Source: Candidatus Hydrogenedentota bacterium
GTDB lineage: Bacteria; Hydrogenedentota; Hydrogenedentia; Hydrogenedentales; SLHB01
NCBI GenBank assembly: GCA_036769985.1
Contig: DAIPKA010000019.1
Coordinates: forward strand, 24,843 to 88,842
Reading direction: 5' to 3'
Length of the DNA: 64,000 nt
In this document: piece by piece, positions 25,761 to 37,100 of the stretch
Layout: the number at the start of each line of letters is the position of its first letter
How positions within the stretch are numbered: the first letter of the stretch is position 1
Translations under genes and position numbers: made by a program
Notes under the pieces: model-generated
The model's input: the letters and a program-made list of their open reading frames with translations, nothing else
The model's database searches: none
Told to the model about the DNA's origin: nothing

Positions 25761-25818
25761 GGAGGACATCAGAAGACCAACGCTCACCGGAGAAACGCCG
25801 GTCGCTCGATACGTCAGC

Positions 25819-28800
25819 CTACCCGTCGATGGCCTTGCGGACTTCTTGGGCCATAACGTCGGCGCGGAACGGTTTCTGGATGAACGAGCGCGCGCCGGAG
25901 CGCAGCAGCGCCTGAGCCGAGGGCCCGAGTTCGTAGCCGCTACAGATGATCACTTGCATGTCCGGACGCGCCTGCATCAACAAGGGATAGGCCTGGGCGC
26001 CCCCCATCACCGGCATGCCCATGTCGAGCACGCTCAGGTGAATCGGGCCGTCGTAGGTCTTGGCGATGTCCACGGCCTCTTGGCCGTCGTGCGCCAGCAG
26101 CACCTTGTATCCGAATCCCTCAAGCATCTGCCGCGTCACGGACAACACGACTTCCTCGTCGTCGATCACAAGGATGGTCTCGTCGCCTCGCGGCAGGGCA
26201 CTCTTCTTGCTCGGTTCGCTGTCGGCCACGGCCTCGGGCGCCTGCTGCACGGCGGGCAAATACACCTTGAACGCGGTGCCTCGGCCCGGCTCGCTGTACA
26301 CCGAGATGTGGCCGTTGTGATTCTTCACGATGCCGTACACGGCCGCCAGGCCCAGGCCGCGCCCCTGGAACTTCGTCGTGAAGAACGGCTCGAAGACCTT
26401 GGCCCGCACGTCCGGCGTCATGCCTTTGCCGGTATCCTCGACGGCGAGGTAGGCGTACGATCCGGTCTTGAGGCCGGGATGCATCCGGGCGAAGTCCTCG
26501 TCCACCTCGAGATTGCGCGTGACAATCGTGATCGTGCCTTGGCCCTCGATGGCCTCGACGGCGTTGATCGAGAGGTTCATGACCACCTGGTTGATCTGGC
26601 TGGGATCGGCGCGCACCGGCCACAACGCGCGCTCGAAGTCGCGCTCGATGCGGATGTTGGGCGGAAACGACCGCTCTTCGAGCTGGAGCGTTTCGAGAAT
26701 GCTCTCATTGAGGTTGAGGATCCTTGGCTGGTACTTGCCGCCCCGAGCGAAGGCGAGCAGCTTCTGGGCCAGTTCGCCGGCCTGCTGCGCGGACTTCGCG
26801 ATGCTGTTGAGCATCCGCTTGATGTCGGGCCGCTCCGGGAGCTTCATCTCGAGCAGTTCCGCGTTGCCCAGCACGCCCACCATCAGGTTGTTGAAGTCGT
26901 GCGCGATACCGCCGGCCAGCGTAGCCGTGGCCTCCATCCGCGACGCCGTACGCACGGCGCTCTCGGCCTGCTTCTGCTCGGTAATATCGCGCATGGTGCC
27001 CACGATGGAGTCGAGCCGGCCCTCTTCGCCCCACACCAGCGTGGCGCTCTCCGAGAACCAGCGATACTCACCGTTTTTGTGCTTGATGCGGTACTCGATG
27101 AGGTGAGGCACATTGTCGCCGGGCGACGACGCGCTCTGTCCTTTCCGATAGGCGAGCACGGCGGCGATATCGTCGGGATGGATCCGCTCGTCGATATCGT
27201 CAATGGTCATAGCGAGTAGCTCGCCGGCCGAGAAGCCGAGCAAGTCCCCGACACACGGACTCACGTACTCATAGGTCCGGGTGGCGACTTTCTGCCGGAA
27301 AGCGATATCGCGCGAATTCTCGAGAATCGTCCGAAGGTTCTCCTGCGTGACGCGCAACGCCTCCTCGGCCTCTCGACGTTTCGAGATATCCCGGCTCACG
27401 CCTACCAGACCAATCACCTCGCCCGACTGGTCGCGCAACGGGACTTTCAGCGCATGCACCCATCGCGACCGACCGGACTTGTACCCGAGTCGCTCCTCAC
27501 GATCTAGGGGCGGGCCCCCGGAGCGCATCAGTTCCTGCTCCGCTTCGAAGAGCCGTCGGGCATGGGACGGCTCAAAGAAATCGAAATCCGTCCGGCCCAC
27601 GATGTCCCGTTCGTCTTCGACGTGAAGCGCACGCAGATGGGCGCGGTTCGTCGTAATGAACCGGCTCGCGCGATCCTTGAGATAGATGGCGTCCGGAACG
27701 CTGTCCATGACGGTACGCAACAGCAGGCGCTCCTTTTCGAGCGCCTGCTCGGCCCGCTTGTGCTCGGTGATATCCGTCAACACCGCGAAACTGCCCCGGA
27801 AGACGCCGTTCTCGTCGAACAGCGGCGCCGGGGACATGATGGTCGAGAACGTGGTGCCATCGCGACGCGTGAACGTGATCTCATAGGGGGTCCGGTCGCG
27901 TTCCTTTCGCTTGGCCACTTCGCGATAGAAGATCTCGCGCGCCTCGCCGTCGATCAGCTCGATGGTGCGGCGGCCCAGCAGTTCCTCGCGACTGTACCCG
28001 AACATCCGGCACAGGCGATCATTCACCTGGATGAGCACCCCGTTCTCGTCCTGCACGCCCAAGCCGTCGTTCATCGCCTCGACAAGCATCCGGTGCCGCT
28101 CTTCGCTGATCTCCAGCGCCTTGAGCGCCCGCCGATGCTCCGTAATCTCGGTCAGGCAGTTGCGCATCCCGACGATCTGCCCGCCTTGGTAGATGGGGGA
28201 CGAGTTGACGACCACCTGGGCCTCGGACCCATCCTTGCGAAGCATGCGATACTCGGCGCTGAGCCGTTCCCCGCTCATCACCCGTAGCGCCCGCTCGGCC
28301 GCCCGAGCCCGGTCGTCGGGATGGATGAGGTCGAAAAGGCGAACCATGCCCTTGAGATCGTCTTCCGAGTACCCGGAAGTCTCGATGCCGAATTTGTTGA
28401 TATAGGTCAACCGCATGCTGAGGTCGACCTCGCACACCAAGCTCGGGAGCAGTTCCGTCATCTCACGGAATCGCTCCTCGCTCCGCGCCAGGGCTTCCTC
28501 GGTCCGCCGTTGCTCGGTAACATCGCGGGCAACGCCCAATACACCAAACTCGTGCCCCTCGCGGTCGCGGATCACGCTCGCCCGAAGCGCGATAACGACC
28601 GTCTCCTCACCCCGGGGCACTCGCACATCGCCTTGCCACGAGCCCTGCTCGAGCGTGGAGCGGACAACCTGATCGACGGTGGCCTGATTCTCGTTGGCCA
28701 GGAAGGACCCGAGGGGCTCGCCTTCGAGCCGGTCGGCGGATACGCCCAGCAATTCCTCGATGGAGGGCGTGGCATACAGGACTCGACCCTCCCGGTTCAC

Positions 28801-28908
28801 CGCAATCGCCCAGTCGGCAAGGCTATCCAGGATCGCCAAACGGAGTGCGTCAGGAACCGCATGTCCGGCCGCGTTCGGACGGCTTCGCGCTGTGCGCCCT
28901 TGGTCCAT
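25819..28908 (-). CDS. multi-PAS hybrid sensor histidine kinase with C-terminal receiver
   Basis: ORF 25819..28977; the start is uncertain (ATG 28908 or 28977). It has several PAS/PAC repeats, the H-box GGIAHDFNNLM, HATPase motifs (NLSINAVEA, GRGLGLA) and a receiver (ILVIDDE ... LSVLDMGMP). Confidence 0.88.
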   Translation of the reverse strand: MDQGRTARSRPNAAGHAVPDALRLAILDSLADWAIAVNREGRVLYATPSIEELLGVSADRLEGEPLGSFLANENQATVDQVVRSTLEQGSWQGDVRVPRGEETVVIALRASVIRDREGHEFGVLGVARDVTEQRRTEEALARSEERFREMTELLPSLVCEVDLSMRLTYINKFGIETSGYSEDDLKGMVRLFDLIHPDDRARAAERALRVMSGERLSAEYRMLRKDGSEAQVVVNSSPIYQGGQIVGMRNCLTEITEHRRALKALEISEERHRMLVEAMNDGLGVQDENGVLIQVNDRLCRMFGYSREELLGRRTIELIDGEAREIFYREVAKRKERDRTPYEITFTRRDGTTFSTIMSPAPLFDENGVFRGSFAVLTDITEHKRAEQALEKERLLLRTVMDSVPDAIYLKDRASRFITTNRAHLRALHVEDERDIVGRTDFDFFEPSHARRLFEAEQELMRSGGPPLDREERLGYKSGRSRWVHALKVPLRDQSGEVIGLVGVSRDISKRREAEEALRVTQENLRTILENSRDIAFRQKVATRTYEYVSPCVGDLLGFSAGELLAMTIDDIDERIHPDDIAAVLAYRKGQSASSPGDNVPHLIEYRIKHKNGEYRWFSESATLVWGEEGRLDSIVGTMRDITEQKQAESAVRTASRMEATATLAGGIAHDFNNLMVGVLGNAELLEMKLPERPDIKRMLNSIAKSAQQAGELAQKLLAFARGGKYQPRILNLNESILETLQLEERSFPPNIRIERDFERALWPVRADPSQINQVVMNLSINAVEAIEGQGTITIVTRNLEVDEDFARMHPGLKTGSYAYLAVEDTGKGMTPDVRAKVFEPFFTTKFQGRGLGLAAVYGIVKNHNGHISVYSEPGRGTAFKVYLPAVQQAPEAVADSEPSKKSALPRGDETILVIDDEEVVLSVTRQMLEGFGYKVLLAHDGQEAVDIAKTYDGPIHLSVLDMGMPVMGGAQAYPLLMQARPDMQVIICSGYELGPSAQALLRSGARSFIQKPFRADVMAQEVRKAIDG

Positions 28909-29242
28909 CGTCGATCCCTCGCTGGGAAGACACGGACCCGAAGCACGACATTGCCCTACTGTCACCGTGCCTTCCATTCATAATACTGCCCGCTACACCG
29001 GGAACTTGTCAATGATTTCCTGGAATGAACCTTCACTGGACGAGTTCTGATCACTTTTCACAGGCCCGACGCTCCGCGAACCATCCGCTTCAAACGGTGT
29101 CTCAATAAGCGGACTTGTTGAGACCGAGAAAAGTTGAAGCCAGCCCAAGGACAAGACAAGGGTTCCTGCGCCGGAGTCTGCGTCCAACATACCAACACCC
29201 GCGCGGCACCGGCCAAGGCCCGCGCCTAGAAGGGAGAGAACC

Positions 29243-31696
29243 ATGAACACCCATCTCATGCTCCGAAGAACGTTCACCACGAGTGTAGGGATAGGCTTGC
29301 TCGCGGCGCTGGCCTGCGTGACCGGCGCGTCGGCGCAACCGCCGGTTAGCGAAGGCCGCCTCGAAGCCTACGGCCCCGCTGGCGAGGAAAAGGGCATGTG
29401 TCCCCTCGAGCACACCGACGTGCGGGTCGACATCGCCGGCTTCATCGCGCGGGTAACCGTTGTCCAGCAGTTTGTCAACCCCTTCGACGAGGCCATCGAG
29501 GCCGTGTACGTGTTTCCGCTGTCCGAACGCGGTGCCGTCGACCAGATGACCATGAAGGTCGGCGACCGGACGATTCGCGGCATCATCAAGGAACGCGAAG
29601 AGGCCCGGCGGATCTACGAGGCGGCGCGCAACGCCGGCCAGACGGCCAGCCTCCTGGATCAGGAACGGCCGAACATCTTCACGCAGTCCGTGGCCAACAT
29701 CCTGCCGGGCGAGAACGTAGCGATCACCATCGCCTACGTCGAGTACCTCAAGTACGAAGAGAACCGATACGAGTTTGCGTTTCCCATGGTCGTCGGACCG
29801 AGGTACATCCCCGGGGTTCCGACCGGTGCCGGCACGGATCAGGTACCCGATGCCGAACGCATCACACCTCCCGTCACGCCCGAGGGAACGCGGGCCGGCC
29901 ACGATATCGCCTTAGAGGTCCATGTCGACGCCGGTCTGCCCGTCAGGGATATCCAGTCCGAGCTCCACACCGTCGACACCGAACGCCCCTCCGACACGAC
30001 GGCGGTGGTCAGACTCCGCAACCAGCGCGAGATCCCCAACCGCGACTTCGTGCTGCACTACAACGTGGGCGCAGAAACCATCGGGGACGCCGTGCTGACG
30101 CACGTGGGCGCGCACGGTGGCTTCTTCTCGCTGATCCTCCAGCCGCCCGCGCGCGTCACGCCGGAATCCGTAACGCCGAAGGAGCTCATCTTCGTGATCG
30201 ACTCGAGCGGCTCCATGCAGGGGTTCCCCATCGAGAAAGCCAAGAAGACCATGCGCCAGTGCATCGAGGACATGAATCCCTCCGACACCTTCAACCTCGT
30301 CTCATTCGCGGGCGGCGTCGGTTACTGCTTCGAGCGCCCCGTGTTGAACACCTCGGAGAACCGCGGCAAGGCCCTGGCCTATCTCGAGCAGCTCGAGGGC
30401 GGCGGCGGAACCGAAATGATGGGGGCTATCCGAGCGGCCCTGGGCGGTCAAGACGACCCCGAGCGCCTGCGGATCGTCTGCTTCATGACGGACGGCTTCA
30501 TCGGCAACGACATGGCCATTCTCGACGCCATCCAGAAGCATGCGGGAACGGCCCGCGTTTTCGCCTTCGGCATCGGCAACGGCGTGAACCGTTTCCTCAT
30601 CGAAGGCATGGCCCGCACCGGCCGAGGCGCCGCGGAGGTCGTAACCCTCGAGTCGGACGGCGACGCAGCCGCCCAGCGCTTCCAGGAACGTGTCCAGAGC
30701 CCGATTCTCACCGACATCACTCTCGATTTCGGCGGCCTGGCCGTCGAGGACATCTACCCGGATCCCGACGCCATGCCCGACCTCTTCGCCGCTCAGCCCC
30801 TGGTGCTCACGGGACGCTACTCCGGTTCCGGAGAAGGCACCGTCACCATCCGCGGCAACACGGCCCAAGGATCCTTCGAGCGTGCCATCCCGGTGGCCCT
30901 GCCCGGCGAGGCCCCCGAGCACGACGTTCTGGCACCCCTCTGGGCCCGCGCCCGCGTGGCGTCGCTCATGGATCAGGACTGGAGAGGCGCCCAGGAGGGC
31001 AAGCCCGACCCCCACATCAAGGATACGATCACCCAGTTGGGCCTTGACTTCGGGCTGGTCACGCAGTACACCAGCTTCGTCGCCGTCGAGGAGCGCGTCG
31101 TCAACGAGAACGGCCGCCCGAAGACGGTCCAGGTGCCCGTCGAGATGACCGACGGCGTGAGCTACGAGGGCGTCTTCGGTCGCGATATAAACGGAAATGC
31201 CCCGGTGCAGGCGCTCGGCTACCTTGGCAAGGGCGCCCCCGCGGCCGGCCGACAGTTTGCAGGAACTCCAAGTCCCTTTCTCCACCGGCAAACCCTGAGT
31301 GCGGAATGTGCTGCGGACCAAGCCGTTCCCGTGCCTAGTCCACCTCGCGCCCCCAAACCGGCCCCGGGACTCGTCGAGGAAGCCGAACGACACGACGAAG
31401 CGAAGGTGGTCGACAACGAAATCCTGGCGAAAATCGACTCCGCCCTCCGGAACCTCGAAGCCAAGCTGGTGAACGGCCACTACAAACGCGGCGATGTCGA
31501 GGTGAAAGACGGCAAGGTCAAGGTGTTCATCTTCGTGACGAGTGCCGAGGCGGAGGCCAAGCTGCGCCAGGCCGGTGTCCACGTGGTGGCCATGACCCAG
31601 TCAAGCCTGCGTGTGCTTGCCGAGGTAGCGGTGACCGACCTCGAGGCCGTAGCCGCCCTGGATTGCGTAACCCGGATTACGCCACCGACGCTCTAG
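29243..31696 (+). CDS. secreted VIT-domain plus von Willebrand factor A domain protein
   Basis: 817 aa with a signal peptide. It has a VIT-like N-domain (VRVDIAGFIARVTVVQQFVNPF...VYVFPL) and a vWA MIDAS motif (LIFVIDSSGSMQG). Confidence 0.82.
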   Translation: MNTHLMLRRTFTTSVGIGLLAALACVTGASAQPPVSEGRLEAYGPAGEEKGMCPLEHTDVRVDIAGFIARVTVVQQFVNPFDEAIEAVYVFPLSERGAVDQMTMKVGDRTIRGIIKEREEARRIYEAARNAGQTASLLDQERPNIFTQSVANILPGENVAITIAYVEYLKYEENRYEFAFPMVVGPRYIPGVPTGAGTDQVPDAERITPPVTPEGTRAGHDIALEVHVDAGLPVRDIQSELHTVDTERPSDTTAVVRLRNQREIPNRDFVLHYNVGAETIGDAVLTHVGAHGGFFSLILQPPARVTPESVTPKELIFVIDSSGSMQGFPIEKAKKTMRQCIEDMNPSDTFNLVSFAGGVGYCFERPVLNTSENRGKALAYLEQLEGGGGTEMMGAIRAALGGQDDPERLRIVCFMTDGFIGNDMAILDAIQKHAGTARVFAFGIGNGVNRFLIEGMARTGRGAAEVVTLESDGDAAAQRFQERVQSPILTDITLDFGGLAVEDIYPDPDAMPDLFAAQPLVLTGRYSGSGEGTVTIRGNTAQGSFERAIPVALPGEAPEHDVLAPLWARARVASLMDQDWRGAQEGKPDPHIKDTITQLGLDFGLVTQYTSFVAVEERVVNENGRPKTVQVPVEMTDGVSYEGVFGRDINGNAPVQALGYLGKGAPAAGRQFAGTPSPFLHRQTLSAECAADQAVPVPSPPRAPKPAPGLVEEAERHDEAKVVDNEILAKIDSALRNLEAKLVNGHYKRGDVEVKDGKVKVFIFVTSAEAEAKLRQAGVHVVAMTQSSLRVLAEVAVTDLEAVAALDCVTRITPPTL

Positions 31697-31717
31697 TCCC
31701 AGTCTCCTTCCAGAAGC

Positions 31718-31758
31718 GATGAGACGGCCCAGGCACCCAAGACCCGGGCCGTCTCATC
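31718..31758. terminator. 13-bp perfect hairpin between convergent genes (bidirectional terminator candidate)
   Basis: gatgagacggccc (31718..31730) pairs with gggccgtctcatc (31746..31758) around a 15-nt loop. It lies between the stops at 31696 (+) and 31773 (-). There is no clear U-tract. Confidence 0.45.
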
Positions 31759-31772
31759 CATTTCGTGCCCTC

Positions 31773-32150
31773 TTAGAGCGCCAAGGCTGGATCGAGAGAC
31801 GGGGGGATGGCACGTCCCAATCTGTATATCCTGACCTTTGCCATCCCTTTGGAGCCGGCCAACTTACGCATGGCCGCCCTAGAAAGATCGACAACGCGGT
31901 TCCGGACGTACGGACCCCGATCATTCAGACGACAGGCCACCGACCGGCCGTCGTCCGCAACGATCAGGTAATACGTGCCGAACTCGCCATCGCGCATGGC
32001 ACACGTGAACTCGCCATCGCGCAACGGCTCGCCCGAGGCTGTCATGCCGCCACTGCTGGCTACGGTATAGTACGAAGCGATGCCCTCCGCAACGGGTTGG
32101 AGGGGCTGCTGCGTAACCAGCAGCAACGCAACGATTCCGATCATGGCCAT
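31773..32150 (-). CDS. RlpA-like double-psi beta-barrel (DPBB) lipoprotein/lytic transglycosylase-like protein
   Basis: 125 aa with a hydrophobic N-terminus. Motifs: IASYYTVASSGGMTASGEPL ... CRLNDRGPYVRNRVVDLSRAAMRKL, as is typical of RlpA/3D-type DPBB domains. Confidence 0.72.
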   Translation of the reverse strand: MAMIGIVALLLVTQQPLQPVAEGIASYYTVASSGGMTASGEPLRDGEFTCAMRDGEFGTYYLIVADDGRSVACRLNDRGPYVRNRVVDLSRAAMRKLAGSKGMAKVRIYRLGRAIPPSLDPALAL

Positions 32151-32440
32151 TCGCCTCCCGTAATAGCGAACTGGACTGAGTCGTATACTGCTACCTGTGC
32201 AAACCCGGCATTCTACACTTTGCCGGGGCGAATGTCAACCTTCGGATCGGGGAAAACCATGAATACCCCCTTGAACCCGGAGACCCGGAACGTGTAGCCC
32301 ATCGAGTATGTCGTCGTAAATCATTCATATCAAATGAATTACAGGATTGAACCCATATCGAGTGAGGAGTCCGGTAGAACGTGGACGCGCCCGCGATGGC
32401 CATTGGCGGCGGGGAGGTCTATGTGCTACACTCTGTCGCC

Positions 32441-34120
32441 ATGGCGAACGCGGCAGATAGACCTCTGATTGTGCAGTCGGATCGATCCGTCTTGCTGGAG
32501 ACGGATGGTCCGGCCTTCGAGGATGCCCGCGACCGCCTGGCCACCTTTGCCGAGCTCCTGAAATCGCCCGAGCATATTCACACGTACCGCATCACGCCGC
32601 TGTCCCTGTGGAATGCGGCCGCCTCGGGCCTAACGTCACGCGAGATCCTCGACGGCCTGACGCGTTTCAGCAAATACGATGTGCCTCAGAACGTCATCGC
32701 GGACATTGAGGACAACATCGCGCGGTACGGCCGGCTCAAGCTGTTCAGGCAGCACGATGGCCAGTTGGTACTGCAGTCCGACGACTCGCTGCTCATCATG
32801 GAGCTGCTCAACCAGAAGGTGCTCCAGCCCTTCGTCTCCGGCACGCCGGATCGCACCCGAATCTACGTCAAGCCGGAGCAGCGCGGGAACGTCAAGTGCG
32901 CCCTTATCAAGATCGGCTATCCGGTCGAAGACCTCGCCGGCTACATCGAGGGGGCACCGCTCCATTTCGAGCTGCGCGACACCTCGCTGGCCGGCCAGCC
33001 GTTCGGTCTCAGAAAGTATCAGACGGACTCCGTAAATGCTTTCCACGCCAGGGGTTCGAACCACGGGGGCAGTGGGGTGATCGTGCTGCCATGCGGCGCC
33101 GGGAAGACCGTCGTAGGCATCGGGACCATGCACTGTCTCCAGACGGAGACGCTCATCCTGACAACCAACACCGTCGCCCTTCGTCAATGGAAAAGCGAAC
33201 TCCTTGACAAGACGACGCTCGAGGACGACCAAATCGGCGAGTACAGCGGCGACAAGAAGGTGATTCGCCCGGTTACCGTGGCCACGTATCAGGTACTGAC
33301 CTACCGCAAGGCGAAGCACGCCCCTTTCGTCCACTTTGGCCTTTTCGACGAGGGCAACTGGGGACTCATCATCTACGATGAAGTACATCTCCTGCCGGCG
33401 CCGGTGTTCCGGGCGACAGCGGCGTTACAGGCGCGACGGCGGCTTGGGCTGACGGCGACGTTGGTGCGCGAGGACGCGCGCGAGGACGACGTGTTCAGTC
33501 TGATCGGCCCGAAGAAATTCGACGTACCCTGGAAGGTTCTCGAGAAGCAGGGCTGGATTGCCCAGGCGGTATGCCACGAGATCCGCGTCGTTCTGCCCGA
33601 CGACGAGCGGTATCGGTACGCCGTATCGCCCCACCGCAGCAAGTTCCGGATCGCCTCGACCAACCCCGTCAAGGCCTCCATCTGTCAGGAGTTAATCGAG
33701 CGACACAAGGACGATAACGTGCTGGTAATCGGACAGTTCCTGGACCAGTTGCGCGTCCTCGCCAAGCAATTCGACGCACCCCTTATCACCGGCCGCACCG
33801 CCGTCCGTCAGCGGGAGTATCTGTACGGAGCCTTCCGGTCGGGGGAAATCAAACTGTTGGTTGTGTCCAAAGTGGCCAACTTCGCCATCGACCTGCCGGA
33901 TGCCAATGTGGCGATTCAGGTCTCGGGCACCTTCGGCTCGCGGCAGGAAGAGGCCCAGCGGCTCGGGCGCATCCTTCGGCCCAAGTCCGACGGCAGTATG
34001 GCCCACTTCTACTCGCTGGTCTCGCGCGACACCTGTGATCAGGACTATAGCGTCAAGCGTCAGCTCTTCCTCACCGAACAAGGCTATCGATACGAGATCC
34101 TGAACGCCGAGGATCTGTAG
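32441..34120 (+). CDS. XPB/Ercc3(Rad25)-type SF2 DNA helicase
   Basis: ORF 32381..34120; ATG 32441 is preferred. It has an XPB damage-recognition-like N-domain (LIVQSDRSVLLE...HIHTYRITPLSLWNA). Motif I is LPCGAGKT and motif II is IIYDEVHLLP. LGLTATLVRED carries the XPB RED motif. Confidence 0.85.
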   Translation: MANAADRPLIVQSDRSVLLETDGPAFEDARDRLATFAELLKSPEHIHTYRITPLSLWNAAASGLTSREILDGLTRFSKYDVPQNVIADIEDNIARYGRLKLFRQHDGQLVLQSDDSLLIMELLNQKVLQPFVSGTPDRTRIYVKPEQRGNVKCALIKIGYPVEDLAGYIEGAPLHFELRDTSLAGQPFGLRKYQTDSVNAFHARGSNHGGSGVIVLPCGAGKTVVGIGTMHCLQTETLILTTNTVALRQWKSELLDKTTLEDDQIGEYSGDKKVIRPVTVATYQVLTYRKAKHAPFVHFGLFDEGNWGLIIYDEVHLLPAPVFRATAALQARRRLGLTATLVREDAREDDVFSLIGPKKFDVPWKVLEKQGWIAQAVCHEIRVVLPDDERYRYAVSPHRSKFRIASTNPVKASICQELIERHKDDNVLVIGQFLDQLRVLAKQFDAPLITGRTAVRQREYLYGAFRSGEIKLLVVSKVANFAIDLPDANVAIQVSGTFGSRQEEAQRLGRILRPKSDGSMAHFYSLVSRDTCDQDYSVKRQLFLTEQGYRYEILNAEDL

Positions 34121-34121
34121 C

Positions 34122-37100
34122 ATGCCGAGCATCCAGCTCTTCTGCGGGACCGGGCGCTCCGCGCGTTCCCGTCACGTCGACGCCATCGTTCGTGCGCATT
34201 GGGGACGGTCATGGCTCATCGTACCGACGCGCCAGTATGCGCAACGGCGAACGGAGCAGCTCCTCCTCGAGGGTGATCTGCCGGGCGCCTGGGGCCGGCC
34301 CGTCCTCGCCTTCGACGATTTCGTGGTGTCCCTGTTGGCCGCCGAGGGCGTCGAGCCCAAGCGCGTCGGCGAGGCCGAGCGGCGATTCCTCTTCGAGCGG
34401 GTCGTCGTCGGCCTTCGTCGGAAGGGTCGGCTAGGCTCATTGGGCCCGGTTACGGCCACGGCCGGTTTCATCTCGCACCTGATGCGCACCGTCGCACAAC
34501 TGAAGCAGGCCGCCATCGAACCCAACGCGTTTCGCACACGGCTGGCGCGGCGGGCGACACAGTCGCCGGTCGACGACGCCGTGGCGGAAGTCTACGAGGC
34601 GTATCAGGCGGCCCTTCATGGACGCGGCCTGTACGATGTGCCGGGGCTATTTTGGCAGGCCGACCTCATCGCGCAACAAGGCCGGCCGGAAGTCCTGGCG
34701 GGTGCCGACACCCTCTGTCTGGACGGCTTCGACGACTTCACACCGTCCGAGTTCCGGCTCGTCTGCTCGCTCGCCCGCCACGTCGAACGGATGGCGTTTG
34801 GCCTGAACTACGACCCGGATCCGAACCGGCGCGACCTCTTCGAGATTGCCGCACGAACAGCCCATGCAATTCAGCGTCACTTCGATGTCGAGCCCCTCGT
34901 GCTCGAGGAACCGCCCGCCGAGACCTTCGTCGAGTTCGCCGCCGGCAACGTGTTTTGGCGTAACCGGCCCAAGGCCGTCGACGGCCTCGAACGCAACATC
35001 GAGATCGCGGCCTGTACCGACCCCGTCCAGGAGATCGAGGCCGTCGGCCGCCGCGTCAAACGCCTGCTCGTGGTCGACGGTGTTCCGGCCTCGGAGATCG
35101 CGGTGGTATTCCGCGATCTGGGAGCAGCCGCCGGTATCCTGGAACACGTGTTTGCCGAGTTCGGCGTTCCTATTCACATTATTCATAGTCCCAACGTACT
35201 CTCGAGCGCGTTGGCCGGTTTCGTGCTTGATGTGCTCGATGCCGCCGGATCGTGGTCCCGCGACGCCGTCGTCAGCATCCTGACCCGATCCTGGTTCAGG
35301 TTTGGCGCCGGGCCGTCTCGAGCGCACGCGGCCAAGTACTCACGGCTAGCGCGCGTCGCGCAGGTGATCTCCGGCCGTGATGAGTGGCGATCGCGCGTCG
35401 AGGCCCTGCGCGACCGGTTGGCAAAGGGGAGCGGCGAAGACATCGAGGGCCTTGTGGCGCAAATGCCGGACGCCGTTGAGGCCGTGGAAGCATTGCTCGA
35501 GGACATCCAGCGTTTTGATCGGCTGCTGGCCTGGGTTCCGGAAGCGGCCACGCCGGGCGCATTCGCCGTCGCGATCGAGCGTCTCGTGACGGACGCACAA
35601 CTGGCCTCGGCGGTGCAGACGCACGCGGTCGCTGAGGTGCGCAGGAATGAAGAAGCCGCGTTGCGAGCGGTTCGCGCCCTACTCGCCGCCATGGCGGCCT
35701 GGGAAGACCCCAACGCCGAGCACGAGCCGCGGGCCCAGTTCGCCGAACGCCTGCGGCGGGCCTGCGCCGACACCCCCTTCGCCAGGCCACGCGAGGCGGG
35801 CGGGGTGGCGTGCCTGGACGCCTTGGCTATTCGGCATCTGCGGTTCGACCACGTGTTCTTCTGCGGCGTCAACGAGGGAGAGGTTCCCCGACCGCCGGTG
35901 ACCAATGCGCTATACTCCGAGGATGACCTCGACGAATTGCGCCGAATTGGCATCGACATCGAAGGCAAACGTCTGCACAGCGCCCGAGAGGCCCTTCTTT
36001 TCCATCACGTACTAAGCGGCGCGCGCAAGCGGCTATGCGTGACATGGCACACCCTGTCGAGCCAAGGGCAGCCGAAGCTGGCCAGCCCGTACATCGACGA
36101 CCTGGTTGAGCTGTTTCCCGGTTCTCCCATCCACAGCGATGCGCCGCGTCCGGGCGCCTTCGTACCGCACACCGAGGAGGTGGCTTCGTGGCGCGACGCC
36201 GCCAACGCGGCCTGCGGCGGGTCGGCGCCGGCGTTGCGTGCGGCTTTGGGCGAATCCCTCGCGGCCATCGAGGCTGGGGCCGCCATCGAAACGGCACGGC
36301 ACGGCGTACGCCCCTTCGACGAGTACGATGGTGTCCTGGCCGATGCCGCGCTGCGGGCGGAGCTGTCGCAGCGATTCGGCGTCGACCACGTCTTCAGCGT
36401 GGGTCAGATCGAGACGTATCTTGATTGTCCGTTCCGGTTTCTCGTGGCGCGTGTGTTGGGCCTCGACGAGACCGAAACGCCCTCCGAGGAACTCGATCCG
36501 CGCCTACGCGGGGCGATCCTGCATGGGGTGCTCGAGTCGTTTCACCGGCACTTCCTAGGCATACCGGCTGCGGCGATTCCGGAAAACGAGGCACGCGAGT
36601 GCCTGTCGGCCCTGCTCGAGAGGCAATTCGGGCCGACGTCGCGTCGGAATCGCGACGCCGGGCCGGGCGTATTGGCCGTCGAGTGTGCGGCGATGGCGGT
36701 GCAGTTGGAGCGGTACCTGAACATCGAGCGCGATGCCCAGGACTTCACGTGGAAACCCGCGCATTTCGAGGTGTCTTTCGGCCGCACGCACAGTAGCTCG
36801 ACGGATCCGCTGAACCGTAATGAGCCCTTCGAGCTGACCATGGATGGCGAGGCGGTGCGGTTCGCAGGGCGCATCGACCGCGTGGATTGCGCCGGGAACC
36901 GCGCGCGGATCATCGACTACAAGACTTCCGCGGTGCCGAAGACGGCCGACATCCGCGAGGGCCGGGCGGTGCAGTTGATCGTATACGCATGGGCGCTTGA
37001 GGGCCTTCTCCTGCCGGAGGCGGTGTGCGCCGAGGCGGCCTATGTGGCGGTGGGCCGCGAGAGGGGCAAGGACGAGCTGAGACGCGAAGGCAACAAGCCA

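Noticed and set aside
22604-25818. Prophage or integrative element next to the tRNA.
   Set aside because: No integrase, recombinase, transposase, phage structural gene or tRNA-derived direct repeat was found. Only the two-gene cassette is present.
32323-32339. ATTCAT-N5-ATGAAT inverted repeat upstream of the XPB-AddAB operon, considered as a possible SOS/LexA-type operator.
   Set aside because: The arms are only 6 bp and lie in an AT-rich spacer, so chance occurrence is likely. It matches no LexA box family I can name.
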